A stretch of DNA of 64,000 nucleotides, from assembly GCA_049840595.1 (NCBI GenBank), contig JASGKO010000023.1, forward strand, positions 100,911 to 164,910, written 5' to 3'. Shown in pieces: positions 30,502-39,605 of the stretch. Origin of the DNA: Chthoniobacteraceae bacterium (lineage in GTDB: Bacteria; Verrucomicrobiota; Verrucomicrobiia; Chthoniobacterales; Chthoniobacteraceae). The stretch's first letter is position 1. Every line of letters starts with the position of its first letter. The notes below the pieces were generated by a model, which did not search any database, had not been told where the DNA came from, and saw nothing but the letters and a program-made list of their open reading frames with translations. The translations under genes and the position numbers were made by a program.

Positions 30502-31763
30502 ATGCGGGAAGAATTGAGCCGGGAGGTTCTAACACGCGTGGCGAGCGCCTGCCAATCCCCGGCAACGGGATTGCGAAGATTTTCCACGGCCGCGAGCGCA
30601 GCGGCTTCACCAGTGGCCAGGCAGGTGCCCATGACGCGGATCGAAGCCTGCGCTTCGTGCGAGGCGGAGAGGCAACGTCCAGCGACCCAGAGATTTTCCA
30701 CCGCGCGGTGTTTCAACGAGCGCAGGGGAATCTGCGGGACGACCCCCGGCTCGGGATAGCGCCAGCGCGGGCCGGTGGCCTTTTCGCGCAGCTCGACGGG
30801 CCAGGCGGCGACGGCGACCGCATCCGGAAAAGGGGTGCCGGAAAGGAGATCTTCCACCGGCAATTCATACACGCCAGCAGCCCGGCGGCTTTCCCGCACG
30901 CCAGCACGGGATGGCCATTGCGCCACGACGCAGGATTCGCAGCCGGCGATTTTTTCCCGCAGGTGCCGCACAATGGCGAGCGCGGTGCGGCGTCCGGTGA
31001 ATTCCACTTCCGCCAGCAATTCTGGCGCGCACGGGTCCCACTCGCCTCCGGTGAGATCAATCGTCATGAAGGCCTCGTCGTTGCGCATTCCGGCGCGGAA
31101 GCCGGTGCCGAGGGCTTCGCCGGGCAATTCACCGGATTTCACGGCGGCGGCGATGGCATGGGCGAGCTTCAGCCGACCCGAGTCATCGAAGAAGCCCGGG
31201 GGAAAGCCGCGCAGTCCGACGATGTAGGCGGGGCGTTGCAAGCGGGCGGACTCCACCTGCTCGAAGGCCGCGCCACCGAGCACGGTGAGCGTGGCGTCGC
31301 CAGTGGTATCAATGAAGGCGCGGGCGTGAATTTCCCGGCGCTCGCCGCGGCAAATGACCTGCACCTGGTTGGCAGTGAAATCCGCGGCCACCAACTCGCT
31401 GTGCAGCCAGCAGTTCAAGCGCGGCGTCTCGTTGACCATCGCATCGGCCAGGGCCGCGAAGCTCACGGGATCGTGCGGGAGCACATCCACGCGGCCCATG
31501 CGCACGGGTTCTTTCGCGCCGCCGCTTTGCAGGAGACGCCCGGCAAATTCGCGCGGAAAACCGTCATTGGCCCAGGCGACGCCGGGTTCCTCGCGCATGA
31601 GGTAGAGCCCGCAAATCGTATGCACGAGGGCCGAGGTGCCCATGCCTCCGAGGAGCCCGCCACGCTCGATGAGCAGGACTTCGGCCCCGGCCCGGGCGGC
31701 ACTGATCGCGGCGGCGATCCCCGCGCTGCCTCCTCCGGCGACCAGCACGTCGCAGGTCGTCAT
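30498..31763 (-). CDS. FAD-dependent oxidoreductase (FAD_oxidored/GidA-like fold)
   Basis: N-terminal dinucleotide-binding motif VLVAGGGSAGIAAAISAARAG. Start and stop overlap neighbours by 4 nt. Confidence 0.7.
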   Translation of the reverse strand: MTTCDVLVAGGGSAGIAAAISAARAGAEVLLIERGGLLGGMGTSALVHTICGLYLMREEPGVAWANDGFPREFAGRLLQSGGAKEPVRMGRVDVLPHDPVSFAALADAMVNETPRLNCWLHSELVAADFTANQVQVICRGERREIHARAFIDTTGDATLTVLGGAAFEQVESARLQRPAYIVGLRGFPPGFFDDSGRLKLAHAIAAAVKSGELPGEALGTGFRAGMRNDEAFMTIDLTGGEWDPCAPELLAEVEFTGRRTALAIVRHLREKIAGCESCVVAQWPSRAGVRESRRAAGVYELPVEDLLSGTPFPDAVAVAAWPVELREKATGPRWRYPEPGVVPQIPLRSLKHRAVENLWVAGRCLSASHEAQASIRVMGTCLATGEAAALAAVENLRNPVAGDWQALATRVRTSRLNSSRI

Positions 31764-33493
31764 GCCGCGCCGAGATCGGTGAGGAATTGGTCGAGCATCA
31801 ACTGGCGCTCGGTCGCATCGAGCGCGCCATCATGCCAGCACATGGTGACAATGAGGCGACCGTTCTTCTCGTTGCAGAAGATGCCGGTGCCGGGCGGCGT
31901 GGCGATGCCGGGGACGTGATAGGCGTTCACCACTTTGGCGCCGAGAAACTCATTCATCCCGCTCGCAAACTCGCCGGTGTGCGAGTGGAAGAAGGAGGCG
32001 AACGGCCCCTTCATCTGAAGCTGCACGAAGCGCATGTAGAGACCGGCGGGGATGACGCTCATGCTGTGCATGAGGTCGTTGAGCGATTCGCCGAGGCGCT
32101 CCTTGAGGAAGCGGGCCTGCTGCTCCAGCAGCGAGGCGGTGGCGGTCTCGATGCTGCCGATCTGGTCCCGCTCCAGCACCCCGAAGAACATGGTGAGATG
32201 GTTTTGAAAAATCGGCCCGCGCGCGCCCTTGCGGCGGCGTTGCACCGGGACGTTGCAGGTGTGCGAGGCCGGAACCAGGCCGCGATGGGCGAAAACACGA
32301 TCGTGCGCACGCATCGAGCAGGCGAGGTAGAACGGCAGGTTGATGAGCCCACCGCAGAGCGAGGCGCAGCGTTCATTGGCCTTGCGCGTCTGCTCTTCAG
32401 TCAAGGTGTGGACGAGGAAACGGGTGACGCCCTTCTTTGGCGTGCGCGAGCCGAGACAGGAAATCGTGTGCTGCGAGAGCTTGCGGAAGAACTGGACGAT
32501 GGGGCGGGCGGTGATCCAGCGCTCTTTCCAGGTGGCCGTTTCGTCGTCCAGCGCGGAGTCCACGCCGGGGATCGGTTCGTCGCTGGAGTCGGAGCCGAGA
32601 CGCTGGAGGTCTTGCAGGAAGAATTCCGCGCCGACGCCATCCATCATCAGGTGGCTCCAGGAGAACATGAGGATGACGGTGCCATCGCGGGTCTCAAAGA
32701 GGCTGAAGCGGGCCTTGGGCCAGACTTTCGCTCCCGTGCGGGGCATGGGGTCGTTGATGACCGCTTCCATCTGGGAATGGATGTCGGTGCAGGGCTGCCC
32801 CCCCTCGGCGAGGAGCTGGCCAGCGGACCCCTGCTCGCTGAACAGGCGCAACTCCGGCACGGCGGGTTCTGCGGACGGCACCCAATAGGGGATGCCGAAG
32901 AAAAAATTCCGCTTCAACAACGCGGAAAGCATCGGATAAACCTCCGCCGCACGGGCAAGGAGCGAGCGCAGGCGGGCCAAATCGGGCACATGATCGAGCA
33001 CGAGAATGGAGTGGGCCCGGTGCCCCCCCTGCCCGGCTTTGCGCGACAGCGTGTCGAAGCCGAGCACGAAATAATCGCAGCCGCGCATCGGCAGTTTTTC
33101 AAAGGTCATGTTGCACGTCGTGCGCTTCGCCGGCTCGGGCCTGGTGCCGTTGACCGACGGGGGGATGACCGGAGCGACGGCGGCGACGGGAGGGGCGGGC
33201 GTCTCCTCCGGAGCCGGGGCAGTTTCGGCTGGGCCCAGCTTGGTCCGCAATAGATCGGCAATCGTCCGGACGGTGGAGAAATTCTTTCGCGAAACGGATT
33301 CCACCGGGATGCTGACGTGGAACTCCTCCTCCAGCACGAGCAGGAGCTGCATGATCGCCATGGAATCCAGCCCGGCGGCGTAGAGATCGCTATCTGGCGA
33401 GAAGCCGTCCCCGGTTTCCAAAATCCGCTCGCTAATGAGCGTTAACAGATTGTTTTCAAGGTCTTCGGGAGCAGGAGCCGTCGGTAAATTCAT
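31760..33493 (-). CDS. Fusion protein: N-terminal acyl carrier protein domain plus C-terminal condensation-like acyltransferase domain (NRPS C / WS-DGAT / PapA5 superfamily)
   Basis: Ppant attachment site GLDSMAIMQLL near the N-terminus; HxxxDG catalytic motif (SWSHLMMDGVG) in the C-terminal domain. Confidence 0.7.
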   Translation of the reverse strand: MNLPTAPAPEDLENNLLTLISERILETGDGFSPDSDLYAAGLDSMAIMQLLLVLEEEFHVSIPVESVSRKNFSTVRTIADLLRTKLGPAETAPAPEETPAPPVAAVAPVIPPSVNGTRPEPAKRTTCNMTFEKLPMRGCDYFVLGFDTLSRKAGQGGHRAHSILVLDHVPDLARLRSLLARAAEVYPMLSALLKRNFFFGIPYWVPSAEPAVPELRLFSEQGSAGQLLAEGGQPCTDIHSQMEAVINDPMPRTGAKVWPKARFSLFETRDGTVILMFSWSHLMMDGVGAEFFLQDLQRLGSDSSDEPIPGVDSALDDETATWKERWITARPIVQFFRKLSQHTISCLGSRTPKKGVTRFLVHTLTEEQTRKANERCASLCGGLINLPFYLACSMRAHDRVFAHRGLVPASHTCNVPVQRRRKGARGPIFQNHLTMFFGVLERDQIGSIETATASLLEQQARFLKERLGESLNDLMHSMSVIPAGLYMRFVQLQMKGPFASFFHSHTGEFASGMNEFLGAKVVNAYHVPGIATPPGTGIFCNEKNGRLIVTMCWHDGALDATERQLMLDQFLTDLGAA

Positions 33494-33507
33494 GCAAACC
33501 GGGAGAG

Positions 33508-34230
33508 TTAGCCAGCGCGTCTTTCCCCTGTCAAGCCAGTGCAGGCTTTCTCCAAACTAGCCGGGCGCGCGGCCAGGGGCTGCCCCGATGCGCCTTTTAC
33601 CCATTCCGGGCGGCGGCGCATTCCTTCGGCAAGGGAGCGCATGGCTTGCTCGATCTGCCCGGCCATGATCCGGCGGTCTTCCCGGCGGTTCCCAGTGTGC
33701 GGCGGGTGAATGGGCTCCCCACAGACCACCCAGAGGCGGCAGGGCTTGGACATACGCCAGACCATGGGCCGCAGGAGCGCTTCCGAGCCGAGCACCACAC
33801 AGGGAATCACCGGCTTGCCGCTGCGCATGGAGACCAGGCACACCCCGCGCTTGATCCGCCCTCCGCGCAGGACGGACTCCGCATCGCGCTTGATCTCGCC
33901 TTCAGGGAAAATCCCGACCACCTCGCCCGCCTGGGCCAGGCGGATGGCGGTCTTGACCGCACTCACCGGCACGCCCTGGCGATTGACGGGAAAGGCCCCC
34001 ACCTCTTTCAGCAGGCGGGTGCTCCACCAGGAACGGTAAAACTCGACCCGCGCCATCCAACGAACGTGACGCTTGAGGACCACACTGACGCAAAACGGGT
34101 CGAGATGACTCGCATGCGTGCACGCCAGGACATACCCCCCCTCGCGCTCGCTCTGGGCCAGATCGAGTCGCAGGCGGATGGTGCGGTGGAACACACGTCC
34201 CGAAAAGAAGCGGACAAGGGAGTAGAACAT
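33508..34230 (-). CDS. PlsC-type lysophospholipid/glycerol acyltransferase (LPLAT)
   Basis: H(x4)D motif (CTHASHLD) and IFPEGE motif. Confidence 0.8.
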   Translation of the reverse strand: MFYSLVRFFSGRVFHRTIRLRLDLAQSEREGGYVLACTHASHLDPFCVSVVLKRHVRWMARVEFYRSWWSTRLLKEVGAFPVNRQGVPVSAVKTAIRLAQAGEVVGIFPEGEIKRDAESVLRGGRIKRGVCLVSMRSGKPVIPCVVLGSEALLRPMVWRMSKPCRLWVVCGEPIHPPHTGNRREDRRIMAGQIEQAMRSLAEGMRRRPEWVKGASGQPLAARPASLEKACTGLTGERRAG

Positions 34231-34232
34231 CG

Positions 34233-35013
34233 TCAGCGCAATTGGTCGTCGGCGGGGATGACAAAGGAATAGCCGCGATTCTGCAACTCTTCAACCACGC
34301 GGAGAATGGTCTGGTTACTTTTGGCACGGCCCTCGTGGAGGAGGATGATGCCGCCCGGGTGGGCCTGGGGCACGACGCGCTCCACCACTTTTTCCACATC
34401 GCAGATGAGGCCGTCGTGGCCGCGAATATTCCAGGCGACCAGGCGCATTTCCAAGCCCGCCAACAAGGAGTGCAACCGCACATGCTTGAGCCCGAAAGGA
34501 GCACGGAACCAGCGCCCCACCTGCACCCCGGTGCGGGCGAGGCGTTCGTTTCCGCGGACCACCTCATCCCGCAAGGCCCAGGGCAGCAGCGCCCAGAAGG
34601 TCGCGACCGGGTGCGTGTGCGTATGATTGGCCAGGGTATGGCCGAGCGTCATCATCGCGCGGGCGGTTTCCGGCTGCTTTTCCAGGCGTTCACCGATGAC
34701 AAAAAAAGTCGCCCGCACCTGCCGCTGGGCCAGTTCCCGGGCCAGGGCCATCGAGTTTTCCCCATCCGGACCGTCGTCGATGGTAAGCCACAGTTCCTTT
34801 TTGTCCGTCACAAACCGGGTCACCACCGGCCCGAAAATCCCCGAGGAGGGCGCGATCAATCCGTAAATAAAGCTCCCATGTACCAGGCACGGCCGGGCCA
34901 GCCATCCACCAATGCCAGCCGAGCCCGATGACCAGCGCGGGCAGGGCCAGATTGAGCAGCAAAAAGCCCCGGCGCAGCCATGGCGTATCGAGCGGCTTGG
35001 GAGATTGGAGCAT
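34233..35013 (-). CDS. Polysaccharide deacetylase (NodB homology domain), probably membrane-anchored; N-terminal region in a different frame (frameshift about 34860-34900)
   Basis: TIDDGP and NHTHTHP motifs. An alternative-frame N-terminus (ORF 34690-35085, from Met at 35013) gives a TM helix LLLNLALPALVIGLGWHWW. Confidence 0.7.
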
Positions 35014-35153
35014 CCGGGTTGCATAGCATGGCCGTTTTCCTGGAGGCAAGAGTGCTGCTTTCTTTTGTGCAATCTTTTTTATCACCTATAAAAAGCCCTT
35101 CCAAAATTCCTGCGGTTGTCGCCCGGCGGTCCTTGTGCAATTCTGGCCGCCCG

Positions 35154-36090
35154 ATGTCTCAACCGCCACCAGCCCCGCAAGCACGCCGCACTTCCGGCTG
35201 GTATGGCATTGCCTGTTTCAAGCTGGCCCATTATGCGACCTATGTGATCCCCCGGCACCTCGGAATGCGGGTGGCGGATTTGCTCGCGGCGATCACCTAC
35301 CGGCGGGCGCGCGCCGGACGCGCGGCGCAGCGGGAAAATCTCCACACCGCCACCGGGCTGAGTGGCGCGGCACTCGAACAGCTCTGCCGGGCCAATTACC
35401 GGAACTTTGCGCGGATGCTCACCGATTACTTCTACCTCACCCGCTCGGGAGGCGCGCACCTGCGCAGTCTCCTGCACGGCTGGAGCGGCATCGAATACCT
35501 GAAGACCGCGCGGGAACAGGGGCGCGGGGTGATTCTGATCACGGCACATCTGGGGCATTGGGAGATGGGGGGCATCCTGCTCTCCCTGGATGGCATGCCG
35601 ACGAATATCATCACCCTGCCCGAGCCGGGGAGTCTCAACGAATGGCGCGAGGCCAACCGCCGCGCAGCCAGGGGTAAAAACGATCACCGTGGGCGCGGAT
35701 AAATTCGCCTTTGTGGAAATCATGCGGGTGCTGCGGCAGAACGAGTGCGTCGCCATGCTGGTGGACCGGCCCTATGCCGGCAGCGGCGTGCCGGTGAAAT
35801 TGTTCGGGCAGGATACGGAGTTTTCCAGCGGCCCGGTGCGACTGTGGGAACACACCGGCTCGCCGATTCTCCCGGCGTTCGTCCTCCAGCGACCGGATGG
35901 TTTTTATACCTCCTTCATCGCACCACCGGTGGAGCTGGACCCCGCGCTGTCGCACGAACAGAACACCCAGCGAATTGCCGACAGCTTCGCGGAGATCATC
36001 CGCCAGCATCCCGAGCAGTGGTATAACTACGTGCCAGTTTTTAAATCCTCCGAGCGCCCGGCCGAAGAACCGGTTGCGACCGCCAAGTAG
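35154..36090 (+). CDS. LpxL/HtrB-family lipid A (lyso-lipid) acyltransferase, frameshifted near 35660-35700; divergent from the 7-gene operon
   Basis: ILITAHLGHWEMGG (HX4E-type LABLAT motif) in the 34980 ORF. C-terminal half (MLVDRPYAGSGVPVKLFGQDTEFSSGPVRLW...EQWYNYVPVFK) in the 35590 ORF. Confidence 0.7.
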
Positions 36091-36093
36091 CCA

Positions 36094-37077
36094 TCAGGAT
36101 ACGGCATGGGCGGCATGCCCTGCGCAGCGCTGCACTTCCACCGTGACGTGGAGCAGCTCTTCATGCTCGCGGAAGAGTTCCCGGTATTCCTCCACCGATT
36201 TCGGATGCTCGGCCACAATGCAGACAATGGCCGCGTCCCGTCCCTCACCGACCTGCCACACGTGCAGATCGGTAATCACGGAATCGCCATCGGCCTCCAC
36301 GGCCTTGCGGATTTCATCGGGCAAATCGCAGTTCTCCGGGGTGCGATCCAGCAGAATACCGCTGGTGGCCTTGAGCAGAGTGAGCGCCCAGGAAAAGACC
36401 ACCACACTGCCCGCGAGGCCCACCACCGGATCGAGCCACCACCAGCCAAAATACTTGCCCGCGAGCAGGGCCCCGATCGCCAGGAGCGTCGTCATGGCAT
36501 CCGCCAGCACGTGCAAATAGGCGGCGCGCAGATTCAAATCGCCATGGTCGTGATGATGATGGCCGTGGTCGTGATCGTCGTGAGCATGATGATGGTGCTC
36601 GTGCCCGTGGTGATGGTGATGAGGTCCCGAGCCCAGCAGGAAGGCGCAGACCAGATTCACGGCCAGCGCCACGACGGCCACGCCAATCGCCTCGTTGAAA
36701 TGAATGGGCTGCGGCTCGAAGAAACGGCGAATGGATTCACCCGCCATCAAAAAGGCCACCACCGAAAGCACGACCGCACTGGAGAAACCACCGAGCGCGC
36801 TCACCTTTCCCGTGCCGAAGCTGTACCGCGGGTCGCTGGCATGCTTGCGCATGAACCGATAGGCGAGCGCGGCGATCAGAAAGGCCGAGACGTGCGTCCC
36901 CATGTGCCAGCCATCCGCCAGCACCGCCATGGAGTGAAAGACCAGGCCCCCGGTAATCTCGACCACCATCATCACGGCGGTAATGGCCACCACCAGGCGG
37001 GTCCGCTTTTCCGCCAGGGTGGAGTCTGGAGCAAAGTGATGGGTATGCCGTAAGGATGAGGAATCGTCGTGATGCAT
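36094..37077 (-). CDS. Cation diffusion facilitator (CzcD/ZitB-like) metal efflux transporter with an extremely His-rich loop
   Basis: Six-TM CDF architecture; loop HHHHGHEHHHHAHDDHDHGHHHHDHG; C-terminal cytoplasmic domain. Confidence 0.85.
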   Translation of the reverse strand: MHHDDSSSLRHTHHFAPDSTLAEKRTRLVVAITAVMMVVEITGGLVFHSMAVLADGWHMGTHVSAFLIAALAYRFMRKHASDPRYSFGTGKVSALGGFSSAVVLSVVAFLMAGESIRRFFEPQPIHFNEAIGVAVVALAVNLVCAFLLGSGPHHHHHGHEHHHHAHDDHDHGHHHHDHGDLNLRAAYLHVLADAMTTLLAIGALLAGKYFGWWWLDPVVGLAGSVVVFSWALTLLKATSGILLDRTPENCDLPDEIRKAVEADGDSVITDLHVWQVGEGRDAAIVCIVAEHPKSVEEYRELFREHEELLHVTVEVQRCAGHAAHAVS

Positions 37078-37434
37078 GGATCGCCTCGATTATACGGGGA
37101 TTTTCACCGCAAATCCAGCATGGAACTGAAATGCACGATCCAGGCCCTGCTCACGAATTGATGGCCCCATCATCCCGGGCCACGTCGCCACGGAATGACC
37201 TGATCCGATCCCCAACGACCGGATTTTAGACCGGATGAACAGGATTTACAGGATGAATGAGTGGGGGATGATTTGGAATTTTCGCCATCCGGTTCATCTG
37301 GTTGATCCTGTCCGAAAATCTCTTTCCGACAGAACCGTTTTCCCAACGGCCCACCAGGCCGTGACTACCGTGTCAGTAGAGCCTGGACCGCTTTCATTAC
37401 CGGAAGGGACTGCGGGGAAACTCGGGAACCCGGC

Positions 37435-38398
37435 CTACAGTTCGGCAAGGAATCGGAACACTTTGTCGCGGAACCCGGGCAACACTTCGTGGGAAAAATC
37501 CGGGTAGATTTCCATCTGCTTCTTCGCGGTGATCTTGTTGTAGGCGGCGAATTGGGTGGAGGGCGGGCACACCGTATCCATGAGGCCGGTGCCCATCAGG
37601 ATTTCCCCGCGAATCCGCGCGGCGAGATGCTGCACATCCACGTAGCCGAGGCGGGTAAAGATCTCGTGCTCGCGCTCGTGGCGCGGGTCGAACATGCGGA
37701 AGAAATAGCGGAAGCTCGGCGTAGGCATCCTTCGCCTGATCCATCTCCCACACTCGCTTATAATCGGAGAGGAAGGGAAAGGTGGCCGCCGCACGCTTGA
37801 TCCGGTGCGGAGCCAGTGCCGCGCAGGCCAGCGTGAGGGCACCGCCCTGGGACTCCCCATAGGCCCCCATGCGTTCGGCATCGACCTCCGCAAAACCGGC
37901 GACGATTTTTGCCAGGAGCGCGGTATCGAGAAAAATCTGGCGGAAGGCGAGCCGCTTCGGGTCGGCATCCCCCAGCCCGCGCACGATGTGGCCCTCAAAA
38001 GTGGTCCCGCGCGCGCCCCCGAGGTCGTCGCTTTTGCCGCCCTGCCCGCGGCAGTCCATCGCCGCAAGCGCAAGGCCCGCCGCGGGGAAAGCCAGCTTTT
38101 CCATCCAGTCGCCGCTATGCCCGCGGTAGCCGTGAAAATTCAAAATCGCCGGGACTTTTTGCGCGCCCCGCGGACGCAGATATTTCGCATAGATGCGACT
38201 GCCGCCGACGCCGGTGAAATACAGGTCGAAGCATTCCGCAAACGGCGCCTGAAACGGTGCGGAGGTGAGTTCCACTTGGGGGTCGAGCGCCTCCAGCTCG
38301 GCCAGGCCTTCGTTCCAGTATTCATCGAAATCCGCCGGGCGCGGGTTGATGCCCTGGTAGTCCTGCAGTTCGGAAAGGGGTTTATCGACAAGCGGCAT
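37435..38398 (-). CDS. Acetyl xylan esterase / cephalosporin-C deacetylase family (AXE1) serine hydrolase, frameshifted near 37700
   Basis: N-terminus [28 protein letters not shown]; GxSxG nucleophile YGESQGG. C-terminal quarter continues in ORF 37435-38073. Confidence 0.7.
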
Positions 38399-38502
38399 GG
38401 ACGCGAGCGAAAGAAAAATCGCGCCGGTTCGCAAGTGCAAAGCGCGCGATGATCCAGATGGTTGAGACCGGCTGGACGGGAGGGGCCGGAGCGGTATTGC
38501 GC

Positions 38503-39408
38503 CTACGGCTTTTGCGCGTCGCGCCCCTTTTTCACCTCGGCCGCGGCGGCGCAGAGGCAGCCGCCGAAGATGATCACGGAGCCGGAGAGGTAAATCCACA
38601 TGAGGAGCGCGAGCACGCCGCCGAGGGCGCCATAGACCTGGTTGAAGTTGTGAAAGTTGCTGGCGTAGAGCACGAACATGCGCTGCAACACCTGCAAGGC
38701 CAGCGCCACGAGCAGGGCCTGAATCCACACCTCGCGAAAGGTCGGATGCTGGCGCGGGGCGAATTTGTAAAACATGACGAAGCCATACACCGTGACCGCG
38801 AGCGGGATGAGCGTATGGGCGAGCCAGAACAGGGCGCCCACCAGTTGAAAATTCAACGCCTCATGATTGACCAGGGCCTGCACGGCATCGAGGACCGGCG
38901 GGGCCACCATGCCCAGCAGGAGCGCGGTGCCCAGCACGGCGAGCATGAGCAGGTTCTGAATCGGCAGCCGCCACCACGCGTATTCCTTCGTCCCCCAGGC
39001 CCGGTTGACCCCGCGGACGAGGGCCTGGAAGAAGCCGAGCGCGCTCCAGACGACCACGAGAAAGGCAATGATCCCGGCACTGCGGCGCGAGGCGACCACC
39101 GTCTGCACCACGGCGAGCACGCTGTTGCGGCCATCCGAATCCTCCGAGATGGAGGGCACGTACCCGCCGACGGCATCCATCACCTTCGTCGCCGTCTCGG
39201 TGTAGTCGAAGAAAAGCGAACCGATGGTGACAAAGATCAGGAGCAGCGGGAAAATGGCGAAAAAAGCGTAGTAGGCAAAAGCGGCCGCGCGTTCCGAGGC
39301 ATTGGTCTCGGAAAAGCGCTGGATCGCCAGCATCACGATCCGCACCAGCCGACCCAAGGCAGTCAACGGCACGGCTTCGGCGCTTTTCGAGTCAGATCCC
39401 ATACTCAT
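38503..39408 (-). CDS. YihY/BrkB-family inner-membrane protein
   Basis: FAYYAFFAIFPLLLIF signature region and six predicted TM segments. Start set to the internal ATG at 39408. Confidence 0.75.
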   Translation of the reverse strand: MSMGSDSKSAEAVPLTALGRLVRIVMLAIQRFSETNASERAAAFAYYAFFAIFPLLLIFVTIGSLFFDYTETATKVMDAVGGYVPSISEDSDGRNSVLAVVQTVVASRRSAGIIAFLVVVWSALGFFQALVRGVNRAWGTKEYAWWRLPIQNLLMLAVLGTALLLGMVAPPVLDAVQALVNHEALNFQLVGALFWLAHTLIPLAVTVYGFVMFYKFAPRQHPTFREVWIQALLVALALQVLQRMFVLYASNFHNFNQVYGALGGVLALLMWIYLSGSVIIFGGCLCAAAAEVKKGRDAQKP

Positions 39409-39605
39409 CAATTCGCAGTGTGGCTGAAAATTGCGCCTGCGGGAAGCTACGTCGGTGAAAAATCGGCGCGCGCGATTCCGGGGGGGTGACGGTCCCTTCC
39501 TCTTTGTCGTTGCTGCTTGCCCCTGCTGAAATATCCCTGCTACCGTGCGGCCCAGTGACCGAGCCACAGGAAACTGCACCCGAAAAGAAAAAGCGAACTG
39601 GATGT

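Noticed and set aside
27113-36090. Calling the operon an aryl-polyene/flexirubin cluster
   Set aside because: It shares accessory genes (LpxL-like, halogenase, ligase, ACP, MTase, deacetylase). But no ketosynthase, CLF, ketoreductase or dehydratase genes are present in or adjacent to the operon within the window.
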